Shown here: piece by piece, positions 37,444-46,619 of the stretch
Layout of the letters: every line of letters starts with the position of its first letter
How positions within the stretch are numbered: position 1 is the first letter of the stretch
Program-made: the position numbers and the translations under genes
Assembly (NCBI GenBank): GCA_965203515.1
Contig: OZ241907.1
Coordinates: forward strand, 2,752,001-2,816,000
Length of the DNA: 64,000 nucleotides
Source: Spirochaetia bacterium
Lineage (GTDB): Bacteria > Spirochaetota > Spirochaetia > SZUA-6 > Bin103
Direction: 5' to 3'
The notes under the pieces: generated by a model
What the model was told of the DNA's origin: nothing
The model's input: only the letters and a program-made list of their open reading frames with translations
Database searches by the model: none

Positions 37444-37974
37444 TCAGGCGGTGTCCTGGTAGACGCGGCTGCCGGCCGCGTCGCGCTGGTGCTGGTACTT
37501 GCCGCGGTATGGCCGCGTCGCCGGCCGGTCCATGCGGGCGAACACGATCTGACAGATGCGCCGGCCGGCGGTGAGACGGATCGGCAGTCGGTTGGCGTTG
37601 AACAGCTCCAGCGTGATCGTGCCGTCGAAGCCGGGATCGACCCAGCCGGCGTTCTGGATGAACAGCCCGATGCGGCCGATCGAGCTGCGCCCTTCGACGA
37701 AGGCGATCAGGTCGTCCGGCAGACGGATGCGCTCGCGGGTGACCGCCAGCAGGAACGACTGGGGAGGGATGACGATCTGCTGCGCGCGCAGATCGACGTA
37801 GCGAACCGGTTCGGTGAGCGAGATGCTGTCGGACCGGTTCTCGTCGACTTTCAGGAAATGGTCGCCGAGCCGCAGGTCCACGGAGGCCGGCTGGAGCTGG
37901 TACTCCTCGAGCGGCTCGATCTCCACCGTGCCGTCCGCCAGCAGCTCGCGCATGGTCGCGTCGGAGACGATCAT
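37444..37974 (-). CDS. dcd: dCTP deaminase
   Basis: QPASVDLRLG, EGRSSIGR.G, DPGFDG.ITLE, Y.GKYQ.Q. Confidence 0.96.
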   Translation of the reverse strand: MIVSDATMRELLADGTVEIEPLEEYQLQPASVDLRLGDHFLKVDENRSDSISLTEPVRYVDLRAQQIVIPPQSFLLAVTRERIRLPDDLIAFVEGRSSIGRIGLFIQNAGWVDPGFDGTITLELFNANRLPIRLTAGRRICQIVFARMDRPATRPYRGKYQHQRDAAGSRVYQDTA

Positions 37975-38016
37975 CGCTCAACCGTTCGCGGCGGGCGCCG
38001 GAGCCCCGTGCGGGAG

Positions 38017-38089
38017 TGGAGGATAGGGGACTCGAACCCCTGACCTATAGATTGCGAACCTATCGCTCTACCATCTGAGCTAATCCCCC
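38017..38089 (-). tRNA. tRNA-Ala (anticodon CGC), CCA not encoded
   Basis: GGGGGATTAGCTCAGATGGTAGAGCGATAGGTT-CGC-AATCTATAGGTCAGGGGTTCGAGTCCCCTATCCTCCA folds as a cloverleaf with the G3:U70 Ala identity pair. Confidence 0.97.
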
Positions 38090-38263
38090 GTCGGGCGGTG
38101 ACACAACGTAGCAGGATACCACTCCCCTCGACAAACCGCCGCGCGGCGGTCCTGAAGCCCGCTGCGCGCGCTGCGCGGCCGGGCCCCTACTCTGTCCATC
38201 GGCACGACGGTACTCTCAGTACAGCGCGATGCGGGGAACGGCCGGAGCCCTCCCCCATGCTGG

Positions 38264-40141
38264 ATGACTGCACCCATGCCGGATGACGACGTGCCCGATG
38301 GCGATCTTCGCGCCGCCGCCGCGCGGCTGCCGCAGGCGCCGGGCGTCTACCTCTTCAAGGACTCGTCCGGCTCGGTACTCTACGTGGGCAAGGCCAAGAA
38401 GCTGCGCTCGCGCGTGAGCAGCTACTTCAACCGGGGGCAGCACGACCCCAGGGCCCTGCTGCTGGCGGCCCGCACCGCTTCGATCGAGACGGTGCTGACC
38501 GCCAGCGAGTCGGAGGCGTTCCTGCTGGAGAACTCGCTCATCAAGCGCTTCGCGCCGCGCTACAACATCAACCTCAAGGACGGCAAGTCCTATCCGGTGA
38601 TCCGGCTTACCGCCGAAGAGTTCCCGCGGGTCTACCGGACCCGCACGATCGTGTTCGACGGCTCCGAGTACTTCGGGCCGTTCGCCAAGGCCAACCGGAT
38701 CGACGTCTATCTCGACCTGATCGATCGCCTGTTCCCGCTGCGCAAGCGCGGCGAGGTGTTCAGGAGCCGCCCCGCTCCCTGCCTGAACCACTACATCGAC
38801 CGCTGCGCCGCGCCCTGCATCGGCGCCATCGACGCTGAGCGGTACGCCGAGCGCGTGCATGCGGTCCGCAAGCTGGTCTCCGGTCGGGCGGACGACCTGA
38901 GCCGCGACCTGGCGCGGCAGATGAAGCAGGCGGCGGACGAGCAGCGATTCGAACGCGCCGCGGCGATCCGCGACCAGCTGCAGGCGATCCGGGACGTCAC
39001 CGAGCAGCAGCACGTCGCCGGCGTGGAAGCCGACGCGCGCGACTACGTCGGACACGTTCCCGGCCACGACTGGCACCGGTTCCTGGTGCTGCAGTTCCGG
39101 GGCGGCAACCTGGTCGGCCGGGAGCGGTTCCACGTGCAGGACCCGGGGCCGCGCTCGAACGCGGAAGCGGCGCGTTCCCGCTTCCTGCTCGACTACTACG
39201 GCGGCCGCACCGCGGCGCTGGCCGGGTTGTCGATCTATACGCGTGACGTGGAGGAGCCGGCCGCGCTGGCGGACGCGTTGGGCCGGCTGCTGCCGACCGA
39301 CTCGCCGCGGCGGCCGGCCGCGCCGCGCCTGCGCGTCCCCAAGCGCGGCCGGCACGCGCAGATCCTGCGGCTGGCCGAGTCCAACGCCCGCCAGGACGCG
39401 GAGCGGGCCAATCCGGGCATCGACCGCGAGAGCGGCGTCGAGGAGCTGCGCCGGGAGCTGCGCCTGCCGCTGCCGCCGCGGCGGATCGAGGGCTTCGACA
39501 TCTCCCATCTGGGCGGGCGCGACACCGTGGCGTCGCTGGTGGTGTTCGACGCGGGATGGCCGGCGAAAGGCGAGTACCGGCACTTCAAGATCCGCTCGCT
39601 GGGCGGCCGGGTCGATGACTTCGAGGCGATGCGCGAGGTGGTCGCGCGGCGCTACGCCCGCGTGCTCAACGATCGCCTGCCCCGCCCGGATCTGGTGCTG
39701 GTGGACGGCGGCGCCGGCCAGGTGAGCGCCGCCAAGGGGATCCTCGATGGTCTTGGGCTGGCCGATCTGCCGCTGGCCGGCTTGGCCAAGCGCAACGAGG
39801 AGATCTACCTGCCGGGCCGCAGCGATCCGGTGGCGCTGCCCGAAGGGAGCGCCGCGCTGCGGCTGGTGCAGGCGGTGCGGGACGAATCGCACCGCTTTGC
39901 GACCGGCTATCACAAGCGCCTGCGCACCAAACGGGTGGCGCGCTCGGTGCTGGAGGAGGTGGCCGGCATCGGACCGGTGCGCAGCCGGCGCTTGCTGCAG
40001 CGGTTCGCTTCGGTGGCCGGGGTGGCGCAGGCTACGCCACAGGAGATCGCCAGCTGCGCCGGCGTCAGTCCGGAAACAGCCGCCACGCTCCTTGCCCACC
40101 TCGAGCTACGACGTAGTAGAGCGCCAGCCGGAGCAGGCTGA
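38264..40141 (+). CDS. uvrC: Excinuclease ABC subunit C
   Basis: PGVYLF...YVGKAK.LR.RV.SYF (GIY-YIG), EGFDISH, DGGAGQ, RDESHRFA, HhH. Confidence 0.97.
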   Translation: MTAPMPDDDVPDGDLRAAAARLPQAPGVYLFKDSSGSVLYVGKAKKLRSRVSSYFNRGQHDPRALLLAARTASIETVLTASESEAFLLENSLIKRFAPRYNINLKDGKSYPVIRLTAEEFPRVYRTRTIVFDGSEYFGPFAKANRIDVYLDLIDRLFPLRKRGEVFRSRPAPCLNHYIDRCAAPCIGAIDAERYAERVHAVRKLVSGRADDLSRDLARQMKQAADEQRFERAAAIRDQLQAIRDVTEQQHVAGVEADARDYVGHVPGHDWHRFLVLQFRGGNLVGRERFHVQDPGPRSNAEAARSRFLLDYYGGRTAALAGLSIYTRDVEEPAALADALGRLLPTDSPRRPAAPRLRVPKRGRHAQILRLAESNARQDAERANPGIDRESGVEELRRELRLPLPPRRIEGFDISHLGGRDTVASLVVFDAGWPAKGEYRHFKIRSLGGRVDDFEAMREVVARRYARVLNDRLPRPDLVLVDGGAGQVSAAKGILDGLGLADLPLAGLAKRNEEIYLPGRSDPVALPEGSAALRLVQAVRDESHRFATGYHKRLRTKRVARSVLEEVAGIGPVRSRRLLQRFASVAGVAQATPQEIASCAGVSPETAATLLAHLELRRSRAPAGAG

Positions 40142-41081
40142 GCTGCATGTGCTGCGCGGCGGAGCGGATGCGCACGTCGAACTCGGCCAGCGCCAGCAGG
40201 ATCGCCTGCAGCTCCGCGGCGCGGTAGCGATCGGCCGCGCGGGCGATGCTGGCCTGCGCCCGCTTGCCGGACACCTTGAGCTGCCGCCACGCCTGCTGCC
40301 GGTCCATGCGGGGCAGCAGCTTCTGCAGATCGGCCGCCTTGCGGAACTGGGACGCCAGTCCGCCGAGCAACTGGGACGGGGTCGTTTGCCGGGTCAACAT
40401 GATCGCCTGCAGGGCGCGGATGCCGGCGGACAGGTCGCGGCTGCCCAGGTGATCGAACAGGGTGAACACCGTCTCGGCGCGGCTGTGATGTACCCAACGG
40501 TCGACCTGCTCCACGCCCAGGGTGGTCCGTTCGCCGGCAAACGCCTTGTGCATGGCGGCCAGCGCCGTGCACTCGCTCTCCAGCGCCGCCGATGAGGAGC
40601 CGACGATCTCGTTCAGGGTCTCCACCGCCTCTTTGTCGATGGCGATCCCGCGTTCGCGAAAGAACGCGTTTATCGTGCGCCGCCGCTGATCGGGAAAGCG
40701 CTCCCAGAACACCCGGCGGCGGGAGGCCGGGATCGCGTCCTGCAGTCCCTTGGCGACGCGCAGCTCCTCGGTCTCGATCACCAGCGTGGTCCCGGCGGCG
40801 GGACCGCGGCAGTAGTCGGCCAGCGCCGCGGCTTCGGCCGCCTTCAACGATTCCGCCTGGCCAAGCACCACCAGCCGCCGCGGCGCGAACAGGCTGGGCG
40901 TGCGCAGCGACGCGATCACCTCCACGATGACGGTGTCGAACGGATAGTGGCGCTCGATAGCCAGCGGGGCGCCGCCGGCGCTGCGCTGGAGCAGCGCGCG
41001 CAGCCGCTCGACCGACCGGCGCTTCTCGCCGGTGTCCGGTCCGCAGAACAGATAGGTGGGCGCCGCCTTCTCATCAGCCAT
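40065..41081 (-). CDS. holA: DNA polymerase III delta subunit
   Basis: YLF.GP..GEK, PSLFAPRRLVV, position after lexA. Confidence 0.85.
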   Translation of the reverse strand: MADEKAAPTYLFCGPDTGEKRRSVERLRALLQRSAGGAPLAIERHYPFDTVIVEVIASLRTPSLFAPRRLVVLGQAESLKAAEAAALADYCRGPAAGTTLVIETEELRVAKGLQDAIPASRRRVFWERFPDQRRRTINAFFRERGIAIDKEAVETLNEIVGSSSAALESECTALAAMHKAFAGERTTLGVEQVDRWVHHSRAETVFTLFDHLGSRDLSAGIRALQAIMLTRQTTPSQLLGGLASQFRKAADLQKLLPRMDRQQAWRQLKVSGKRAQASIARAADRYRAAELQAILLALAEFDVRIRSAAQHMQLSLLRLALYYVVARGGQGAWRLFPD

Positions 41082-41136
41082 CGGGATCAGCCGTGTTCGG
41101 CGCGGAGCGGGCGTCGCGCGCCGCCGCAGCGCCGAG

Positions 41137-41742
41137 TCAGCGGTAGTCGCGCATCAGGCGCGCCAGCTTGCCCAGGATACGGAGATCGGTAGTGGCGTAG
41201 ATGTCCGGGTAGGCGTCATTCGCCGCCCGCAGGCATACCTGCCGGCTCTCCTTGTAGAACATCTTCAGCGTCGCGGCGTCGTCGATCACCGCCACCACGA
41301 TGTCGCCATTGTTGGCGTTCGGCTGCCGCCGGATCACCGCCAAGTCACCGTCGTGGATGCCGGCGTCGAGCATGCTGTCGCCGCGCACGCGCAGCGCGAA
41401 GTGCTCCCCGGAGCCGAGGCTGGACCGCGCCATCGGATAGGTGCCGTCCAGGTTTTCCTCGGCGAGCAACGGCTGTCCGGCGACCACGGTGCCGAGCACC
41501 GGTACGTAGACGATCTCCGACTCTTCGGCGTCCTGCCGCCTGATCGTGATCGCCCGTGACCGACGGCTGCCGCGGCTGATGTAGCCCTTGCGCTGCAGCG
41601 TCCGCAGGTGGTCGTACGCGCCCTTGACGGTAATGCCCAGGTGGGCCGCCACTTCGCGTACCGTCGGCGCAAAGCCGTGCTGGTCGCGGTGGCTTACGAG
41701 GAACCGAAAGGTCTGCGCCTGACGCGGCGTCAGGCCGTTCAC
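41137..41742 (-). CDS. lexA: Transcriptional repressor LexA
   Basis: LTPRQ...PTVREVA, VAGQP cleavage site, GDSM Ser, ATLK Lys. Confidence 0.96.
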   Translation of the reverse strand: MNGLTPRQAQTFRFLVSHRDQHGFAPTVREVAAHLGITVKGAYDHLRTLQRKGYISRGSRRSRAITIRRQDAEESEIVYVPVLGTVVAGQPLLAEENLDGTYPMARSSLGSGEHFALRVRGDSMLDAGIHDGDLAVIRRQPNANNGDIVVAVIDDAATLKMFYKESRQVCLRAANDAYPDIYATTDLRILGKLARLMRDYR

Positions 41743-42017
41743 GATGCGGTGTCCGGCGCCTGGAACTTGCTCTCCACCAGGCGGACCAGCGCTTCGACCG
41801 CCTCCACCTCGTCCGCGCCGGTGGCGATGACGCGCAGCGACGTCCGATAGGCGGCGCCCAGGGCGATGATCCCCATGATCGACTTGCCGTTGACCCGTTC
41901 GCCGTCCTTTTCCAGGTAGATGTCGGCCTGAAAGCGGTTGGCGGCCCGCACCAGCAGCGCTGCCGGCCGTGCGTGGACGCCGGCCCGGTTCGCGATTCTC
42001 ACCTCACGCTCGACCAT
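41739..42017 (-). CDS. ptsH: HPr family phosphocarrier
   Basis: GVHARPA (His15), NGKSIMG (Ser46). Confidence 0.95.
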   Translation of the reverse strand: MVEREVRIANRAGVHARPAALLVRAANRFQADIYLEKDGERVNGKSIMGIIALGAAYRTSLRVIATGADEVEAVEALVRLVESKFQAPDTAS

Positions 42018-42027
42018 CAGGACCGAC

Positions 42028-42993
42028 CTACCACTCCTCGACCGAGGCGGTCTGCGGGTTGCGGACCGACATCCATGCCATGGCGCTCCGGTCGGCCTGC
42101 CGGGCGGAGTGGTACCCCATGTGCTTGACCCGTTCGTTCATCGCCGCGGTCTCGATCAGGATCGGCACGGGCCGGCCGGGTCGGACCGGGATCACGATCT
42201 GGCGGATGTGCGTGCCGATGAGGTCCACCTGGATGTCCTGGTCGCCGATTCGATCATATTCGCGCGAGTTGTCCCACTCCTCGAGCTGCACCGCCAATTG
42301 GATGTGCTTGGACTCGCGGATGGCGCCGACCCCGAACAGATCGGCGATGTTGATGATGCCGATGCCGCGGATCTCCAGGTGGTGGCTGGTCACCTCCACC
42401 CCGTTGCCGATCAGCGTATTGCCGACCCGCCTGATCTCCACCAGGTCGTCGGCCACGAAGCGGTGCCCGCGCTCGATCAGGGCGAGCGCGGCCTCGCTCT
42501 TGCCCACGCCGCTGGGTCCCTGCAGCAGGACGCCAAGACCGAACACCTCCAGGAGCACGCCGTGCACGCGGCAGGAGGGCGCGAAGATCGAGTTGAGCGT
42601 GCTCACCACCCGCGCCGTGAAGGACGAGGACGAGAGCGACGTGAGCAGGAGGGGGCAGCCGGCCGCCTCGCACAGCTCGCGGAAGTCTTCGGTCGGCGGT
42701 TGGCCGTCGGTGAACACGCAGCACGGGACCGCGTGGTCGAACAGGCGCTTCAGGGTGTCGGTCTTGCCCTCCGCGGACAGTTTCCTCAGATAGGCGTTCT
42801 CGCCGCGGCCGAACACCTGGATGCGCTGGAACGCGAATTGCTCGTAGAAGCCGGCCAGCGCCAGACCGGGCCGGTTCAACTCCGGGGCGTTGAGCTCGCG
42901 CGTCATGCCGGACCGCCCGCCGATGCACGACAGGTGCAGCGCTTCGTTCTCGCGCAGGTCGAGCCGCAGCAGGTCCAGGACGGTAAATGACAT
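42028..42993 (-). CDS. hprK: HPr(Ser) kinase/phosphorylase
   Basis: RPGLALAG, HGVLLEVFG.G, GPSGVGKSE, ADD, LEIRGIGII. Confidence 0.97.
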   Translation of the reverse strand: MSFTVLDLLRLDLRENEALHLSCIGGRSGMTRELNAPELNRPGLALAGFYEQFAFQRIQVFGRGENAYLRKLSAEGKTDTLKRLFDHAVPCCVFTDGQPPTEDFRELCEAAGCPLLLTSLSSSSFTARVVSTLNSIFAPSCRVHGVLLEVFGLGVLLQGPSGVGKSEAALALIERGHRFVADDLVEIRRVGNTLIGNGVEVTSHHLEIRGIGIINIADLFGVGAIRESKHIQLAVQLEEWDNSREYDRIGDQDIQVDLIGTHIRQIVIPVRPGRPVPILIETAAMNERVKHMGYHSARQADRSAMAWMSVRNPQTASVEEW

Positions 42994-43003
42994 CGGCTCT
43001 CCG

Positions 43004-44479
43004 TCAGCGCTCCAGGGAGCTTTCGATGTCGAGCTCGCCGCGGTACTTGGCGACCGTGCGGCGGGCCAGCTTGACGCCGCGCTCGGCCAGCACGGCGGCG
43101 ATGCGGCTGTCCGACAACCGTTTGCCGCCGGGCGGCTCGGACTCGATGATCTCGCGCACCATCTCCTTGACGCCGGCCTTGGAGTACCGCGATCCGCTCG
43201 AACCGGCGCCGGAGATGGAGTTGGTAAAGAAATAGCGCAGCTCGAAGACCCCCCACTCGGTCTGCACGAACTTGCCGTTGACGATCCGCGAGACGGTCGC
43301 CTCGTGCAGATCGACCTCCTCGGCCACGTCGCGGAGCGTCAGGGGGCGGAGCTGCTTCGGTCCGCGCCGGAAGAACTCGCGCTGGTGGTCGATCACCGCC
43401 CGGGTCACCCGCAGCAACGACCGGTTGCGGGTGTCGACGTTGCGGATGAACGAACGCGCTTCCTGCAGGTTCGCCTTGGCGAATCGGCGCGCCTCCCTGC
43501 CGGCGGCTGCGCCGGCGGCCGATCCGTTGCCGCCGCTCGGGCCATTGCCGCCCAGGCCGTTGCCGCCCATGCCGTTGCCGCCCATGCCATTGCCGAGCCG
43601 CTCGAAGAAGCGGTCGACGCCGAGCTCGGGGATCACCTCGTCGTTGAAGACGATGACCGGCTCGCCGTCGTCCATGCGGACGATCACGTCGGGGACCACG
43701 TAGTGGGTCGGCTCGGACTGGAAATTGCGCCCCGGCAGCGGTTCCAGAGTGCGTACGAAGGCGAGTACGGCGTGCACCTCGGCGACCGTGACGTCGAGCG
43801 CCCGCGCGATCTCTTCGAACCGGCCGCGCTCCAGCGCGTCCAGGTGGTCTTCGACCACCGCCGCGGCGTGCGCGGCCGGCGCTTCGTGGTACCGAACCTG
43901 GACGATGAGCGACTCATGGTAGTCGGCGACGCAGGTGCCGACGGGGTCGAGCCTCTGCACCAGCCGCTGCGCCCGGTCGAGCGTGCGCGGGTCGGCGTCC
44001 GGAAGCGCCGCGGCGAGCGGCTCGCGGAAGAATCCATTGTCGTCCAGATTGCGGATCAGGAGCTCGGCGGTGCGCGCCACCTCCGCGTCGGCCGGCTGCA
44101 GGAGCACTTGCCACAGCAGGTGTTCCTGCAGCGTTTCCGGGCGCTGCAGCGCGCCCTCCAGGAAGCGCTGCCTGGCGTCCGGATCCGCGCCGGCGCGCAG
44201 GTTCCGGTAGCCCGGATCGGAGGAGACGCCCGGATCGGATGAGAATCCCGGGTCGGAGGAGTCGCCGAACAGCTCCTCCTCCGGGCGTTCCTCCAGCTCG
44301 TCGAGGGAGTCGGTAGCGTCCTCGGAGACCACCTCCAGCGCCGGGTTGCGCTGCAGTTCCTGGTCGATGGTGAGCTGCAGGTCGGCCAGCGGCAGCGCCA
44401 TGATACGGATCGCCTGATAGAGCTGCGGCGTCATCCGCAGGCGTTGTTCCTGCCGAAGGACCGGCTGCTGGGCTTGCAT
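43004..44479 (-). CDS. rpoN: RNA polymerase sigma-54 factor
   Basis: Q-rich start MTPQLYQAI, HEATVSR, RpoN box ARRTVAKYR. Confidence 0.97.
   Translation of the reverse strand: MQAQQPVLRQEQRLRMTPQLYQAIRIMALPLADLQLTIDQELQRNPALEVVSEDATDSLDELEERPEEELFGDSSDPGFSSDPGVSSDPGYRNLRAGADPDARQRFLEGALQRPETLQEHLLWQVLLQPADAEVARTAELLIRNLDDNGFFREPLAAALPDADPRTLDRAQRLVQRLDPVGTCVADYHESLIVQVRYHEAPAAHAAAVVEDHLDALERGRFEEIARALDVTVAEVHAVLAFVRTLEPLPGRNFQSEPTHYVVPDVIVRMDDGEPVIVFNDEVIPELGVDRFFERLGNGMGGNGMGGNGLGGNGPSGGNGSAAGAAAGREARRFAKANLQEARSFIRNVDTRNRSLLRVTRAVIDHQREFFRRGPKQLRPLTLRDVAEEVDLHEATVSRIVNGKFVQTEWGVFELRYFFTNSISGAGSSGSRYSKAGVKEMVREIIESEPPGGKRLSDSRIAAVLAERGVKLARRTVAKYRGELDIESSLER
43523..43594 (-). repeat. 15-bp coding repeat (GNGMG/GNGLG) in rpoN
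   Basis: Gly/Asn-rich insertion GNGMGGNGMGGNGLGGNGPSGGNG. Confidence 0.85.
44207..44260 (-). repeat. 18-bp coding repeat x3 (SSDPGx) in rpoN region II
   Basis: SSDPGF-SSDPGV-SSDPGY. Confidence 0.9.
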
Positions 44480-44588
44480 CGTGCGTCTTCTCGTTCCACC
44501 GTGAGCGCGACGGTTTGCCGCGCGCTCACGGCCTTGCCGGTCGAGTCTGGCGCGGCCCGGTCCGGGTGTCAATTCGAGCGGCCCGCCG

Positions 44589-45341
44589 CTACATGCGGAA
44601 CTCGGCGCCCAGGTAGGCGCGGCGTGCCGCAGGGTCGGCCAGCAGCGCTTCGCGGGTGCCGTCGGCGATGATGCGGCCGCCGTCGATGATGTAGGAGCGG
44701 TCGGTGATCTCCAGGGCGTCACGGACGTTGTGATCGGTGAGCAGGATGCCGATCCCCTTGCCGGCGACCGAGCGCACGACGTCCTTGAGGTGATGCACGG
44801 CGATCGGGTCGATGCCCGCGAACGGCTCGTCCAGCAGCAGGAACCGGGGATCGCAGGCGAGAGCGCGCGCGATCTCGGTACGCCGGCGCTCGCCGCCGGA
44901 AAGGGTGTACGCCTTCTGCGCGGCCAGCTTCTCGATACCCAACTCGGCGAGCAGCTCGTCACAGCGTGCATGGCGCTGGCGGCGGCGCAGGCGGCGGGTC
45001 TCCAGAACCGCCAGGATGTTTTGCCGCACGGTCAGCCGGCGGAACACCGACGGCTCCTGCGGCAGATAGGAGATGCCGGCGCGCGCCCGGCGGTACATCG
45101 GCAGCCGCGTCATGTCGTCGCTCCCCAGCGAGATCGCGCCGGCCGACGGCTCGATGAAACCGGCGATCATGAAGAACACGGTGGTCTTGCCGGCCCCGTT
45201 GGGACCGAGCAGGCCGACCACCTCGCCCATGTCCATGCGAAAGGAGACGCCGTCCACGGCGACCTTGCGGCCGAATCGTTTGCCGAGGCCGCGGACGGCC
45301 AGCACCGGCGCGGGTCGGGCCGCCTCTGCCGGATCGTTCAC
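44589..45341 (-). CDS. lptB: LPS export ABC ATPase LptB
   Basis: GPNGAGKTT, YLPQEPSVFR, LSGGERRR, DEPFAGIDP, TDHNVR. Confidence 0.96.
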   Translation of the reverse strand: MNDPAEAARPAPVLAVRGLGKRFGRKVAVDGVSFRMDMGEVVGLLGPNGAGKTTVFFMIAGFIEPSAGAISLGSDDMTRLPMYRRARAGISYLPQEPSVFRRLTVRQNILAVLETRRLRRRQRHARCDELLAELGIEKLAAQKAYTLSGGERRRTEIARALACDPRFLLLDEPFAGIDPIAVHHLKDVVRSVAGKGIGILLTDHNVRDALEITDRSYIIDGGRIIADGTREALLADPAARRAYLGAEFRM

Positions 45342-45981
45342 GACACCGTGATGGTGCCTCGAATCTGCCCTTCCATACGGACCGAGTCCCGGTTCAGGTC
45401 GACGAAGATGCGCATCGCCCGGTATTCGTCGCCGTTCTGCGTCACCACCGGCATGCCGGACAGGTCGACGGTGTTCTCGTCACGCCGGTAGCGCGCGAAC
45501 TCCGAGCGGGCGACCAGATCGGGCTTGAGGATGCGGACGCCGATCTGGACGAGCGCCTCGCCGGACTCCTGGTGATACTCCATGAAGCCGCCCTTCACCA
45601 CCACCTCGTTATCACGGTCGATCACAGCGCGCTGCCCTGGATGCGCAGCACCGATCGCTCGCGGTCGAACAACAGGTGTTCGCTGGCGATCTCGACGTTC
45701 TCCTCCTCGTCGATCACCCGCACCGCGCCGCTGGCCAGGATGATTCCATAGTCGTCGCCGAACGCCTCGACGACGTCGGCGTGGATGGCGGTGCCGTTCA
45801 CGATGATCTCCACGGCGCCGGTGAATACGGTCCGTTCCCGACCTTCCACGAGCACGGTCTCTACATTGTCGGCGGCGCGGAACGACACCTCGTCCGCGGC
45901 GGCCGGCGCGGCGGCGGCCAGCGCGGCGCCGACCAGCAGGGCGGCGGTCGCCAGCCGCAACGCAGCCCGCGGGGGCCTCAT
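45338..45981 (-). CDS. lptA: LptA/OstA-like periplasmic beta-jellyroll protein, split into two ORFs (45622-45981 and 45338-45625)
   Basis: Signal peptide plus beta-strand pattern, located between lptC and lptB. The break GCGCTG-TGA/GTG-ATC is a 1-nt shift. Confidence 0.7.
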
Positions 45982-46619
45982 CGGTCGGCCGCCAAGCGGC
46001 CCGACACCGGCCCCAGGAAGCGGATCACGCGGCGCGCGACGTCGGCCTCGAAACCGGCGGCGGTTACCCGCGAACCGTCGCCGCGTTCGATCACCACTTC
46101 GGCGCCCCCGCCCTCGGCGCTGCTGCCGCCCTCGGCACCGCTCTCCTTGGCGCCGCCATCCTTGGCGCTGCCGTCGCTGGTCAGCATGCGCTCCGATTCC
46201 CGCCAGCGCATCGCGGCGGCGGCGATCCGGGCGTCGTCGCGCCGCGACTCCACCACCACCGAACCCTCGGCGCGCGCGTCATCGGTCTCGAGGTGGTACT
46301 CGGCGCGGTCCGCCCACGCTTCGGTCACCACGCTGCCCGACCGGTCGAACTCCGTGAAGTAGATGCCGTACAGCACCCCCACGTCGCGTTCGTCGTAGCT
46401 CTCCACCCGATCGACGCGCAGCACGGCGGCTACCCGGCCGTCGCGCACCACGGTGTGCTCGACGCCGAGCAGCACCGTGTTCGGCACCGCCTCGGAAAGC
46501 TCGTCCTCCAGCGAGGTGGAGCGGTAGTCGAACGAGCAACCGGCCAGCAGCGCCGCCGCCAATCCCCACGCCAGCCGCCGGGCGCGCCCGGCGGGGCGGC
46601 GGTCAACGGGCCGGCGCAT
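45978..46619 (-). CDS. lptC: LptC-like lipoprotein
   Basis: Lipobox LLAGC, jellyroll pattern, gene order. Carries a low-complexity insert AKDGGAKESGAEGGSSAEGGG. Confidence 0.75.
   Translation of the reverse strand: MRRPVDRRPAGRARRLAWGLAAALLAGCSFDYRSTSLEDELSEAVPNTVLLGVEHTVVRDGRVAAVLRVDRVESYDERDVGVLYGIYFTEFDRSGSVVTEAWADRAEYHLETDDARAEGSVVVESRRDDARIAAAAMRWRESERMLTSDGSAKDGGAKESGAEGGSSAEGGGAEVVIERGDGSRVTAAGFEADVARRVIRFLGPVSGRLAADR

Noticed and set aside
38017..38089. tRNA-Ala as an integration site
   Set aside because: It is flanked by core genes (dcd, uvrC). I saw no integrase and no duplicated tRNA 3' end in the window.
44480..44971. N-terminally extended 655-aa RpoN
   Set aside because: The extension overlaps lptB out of frame. 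The typical Q-rich RpoN start is at 44479.
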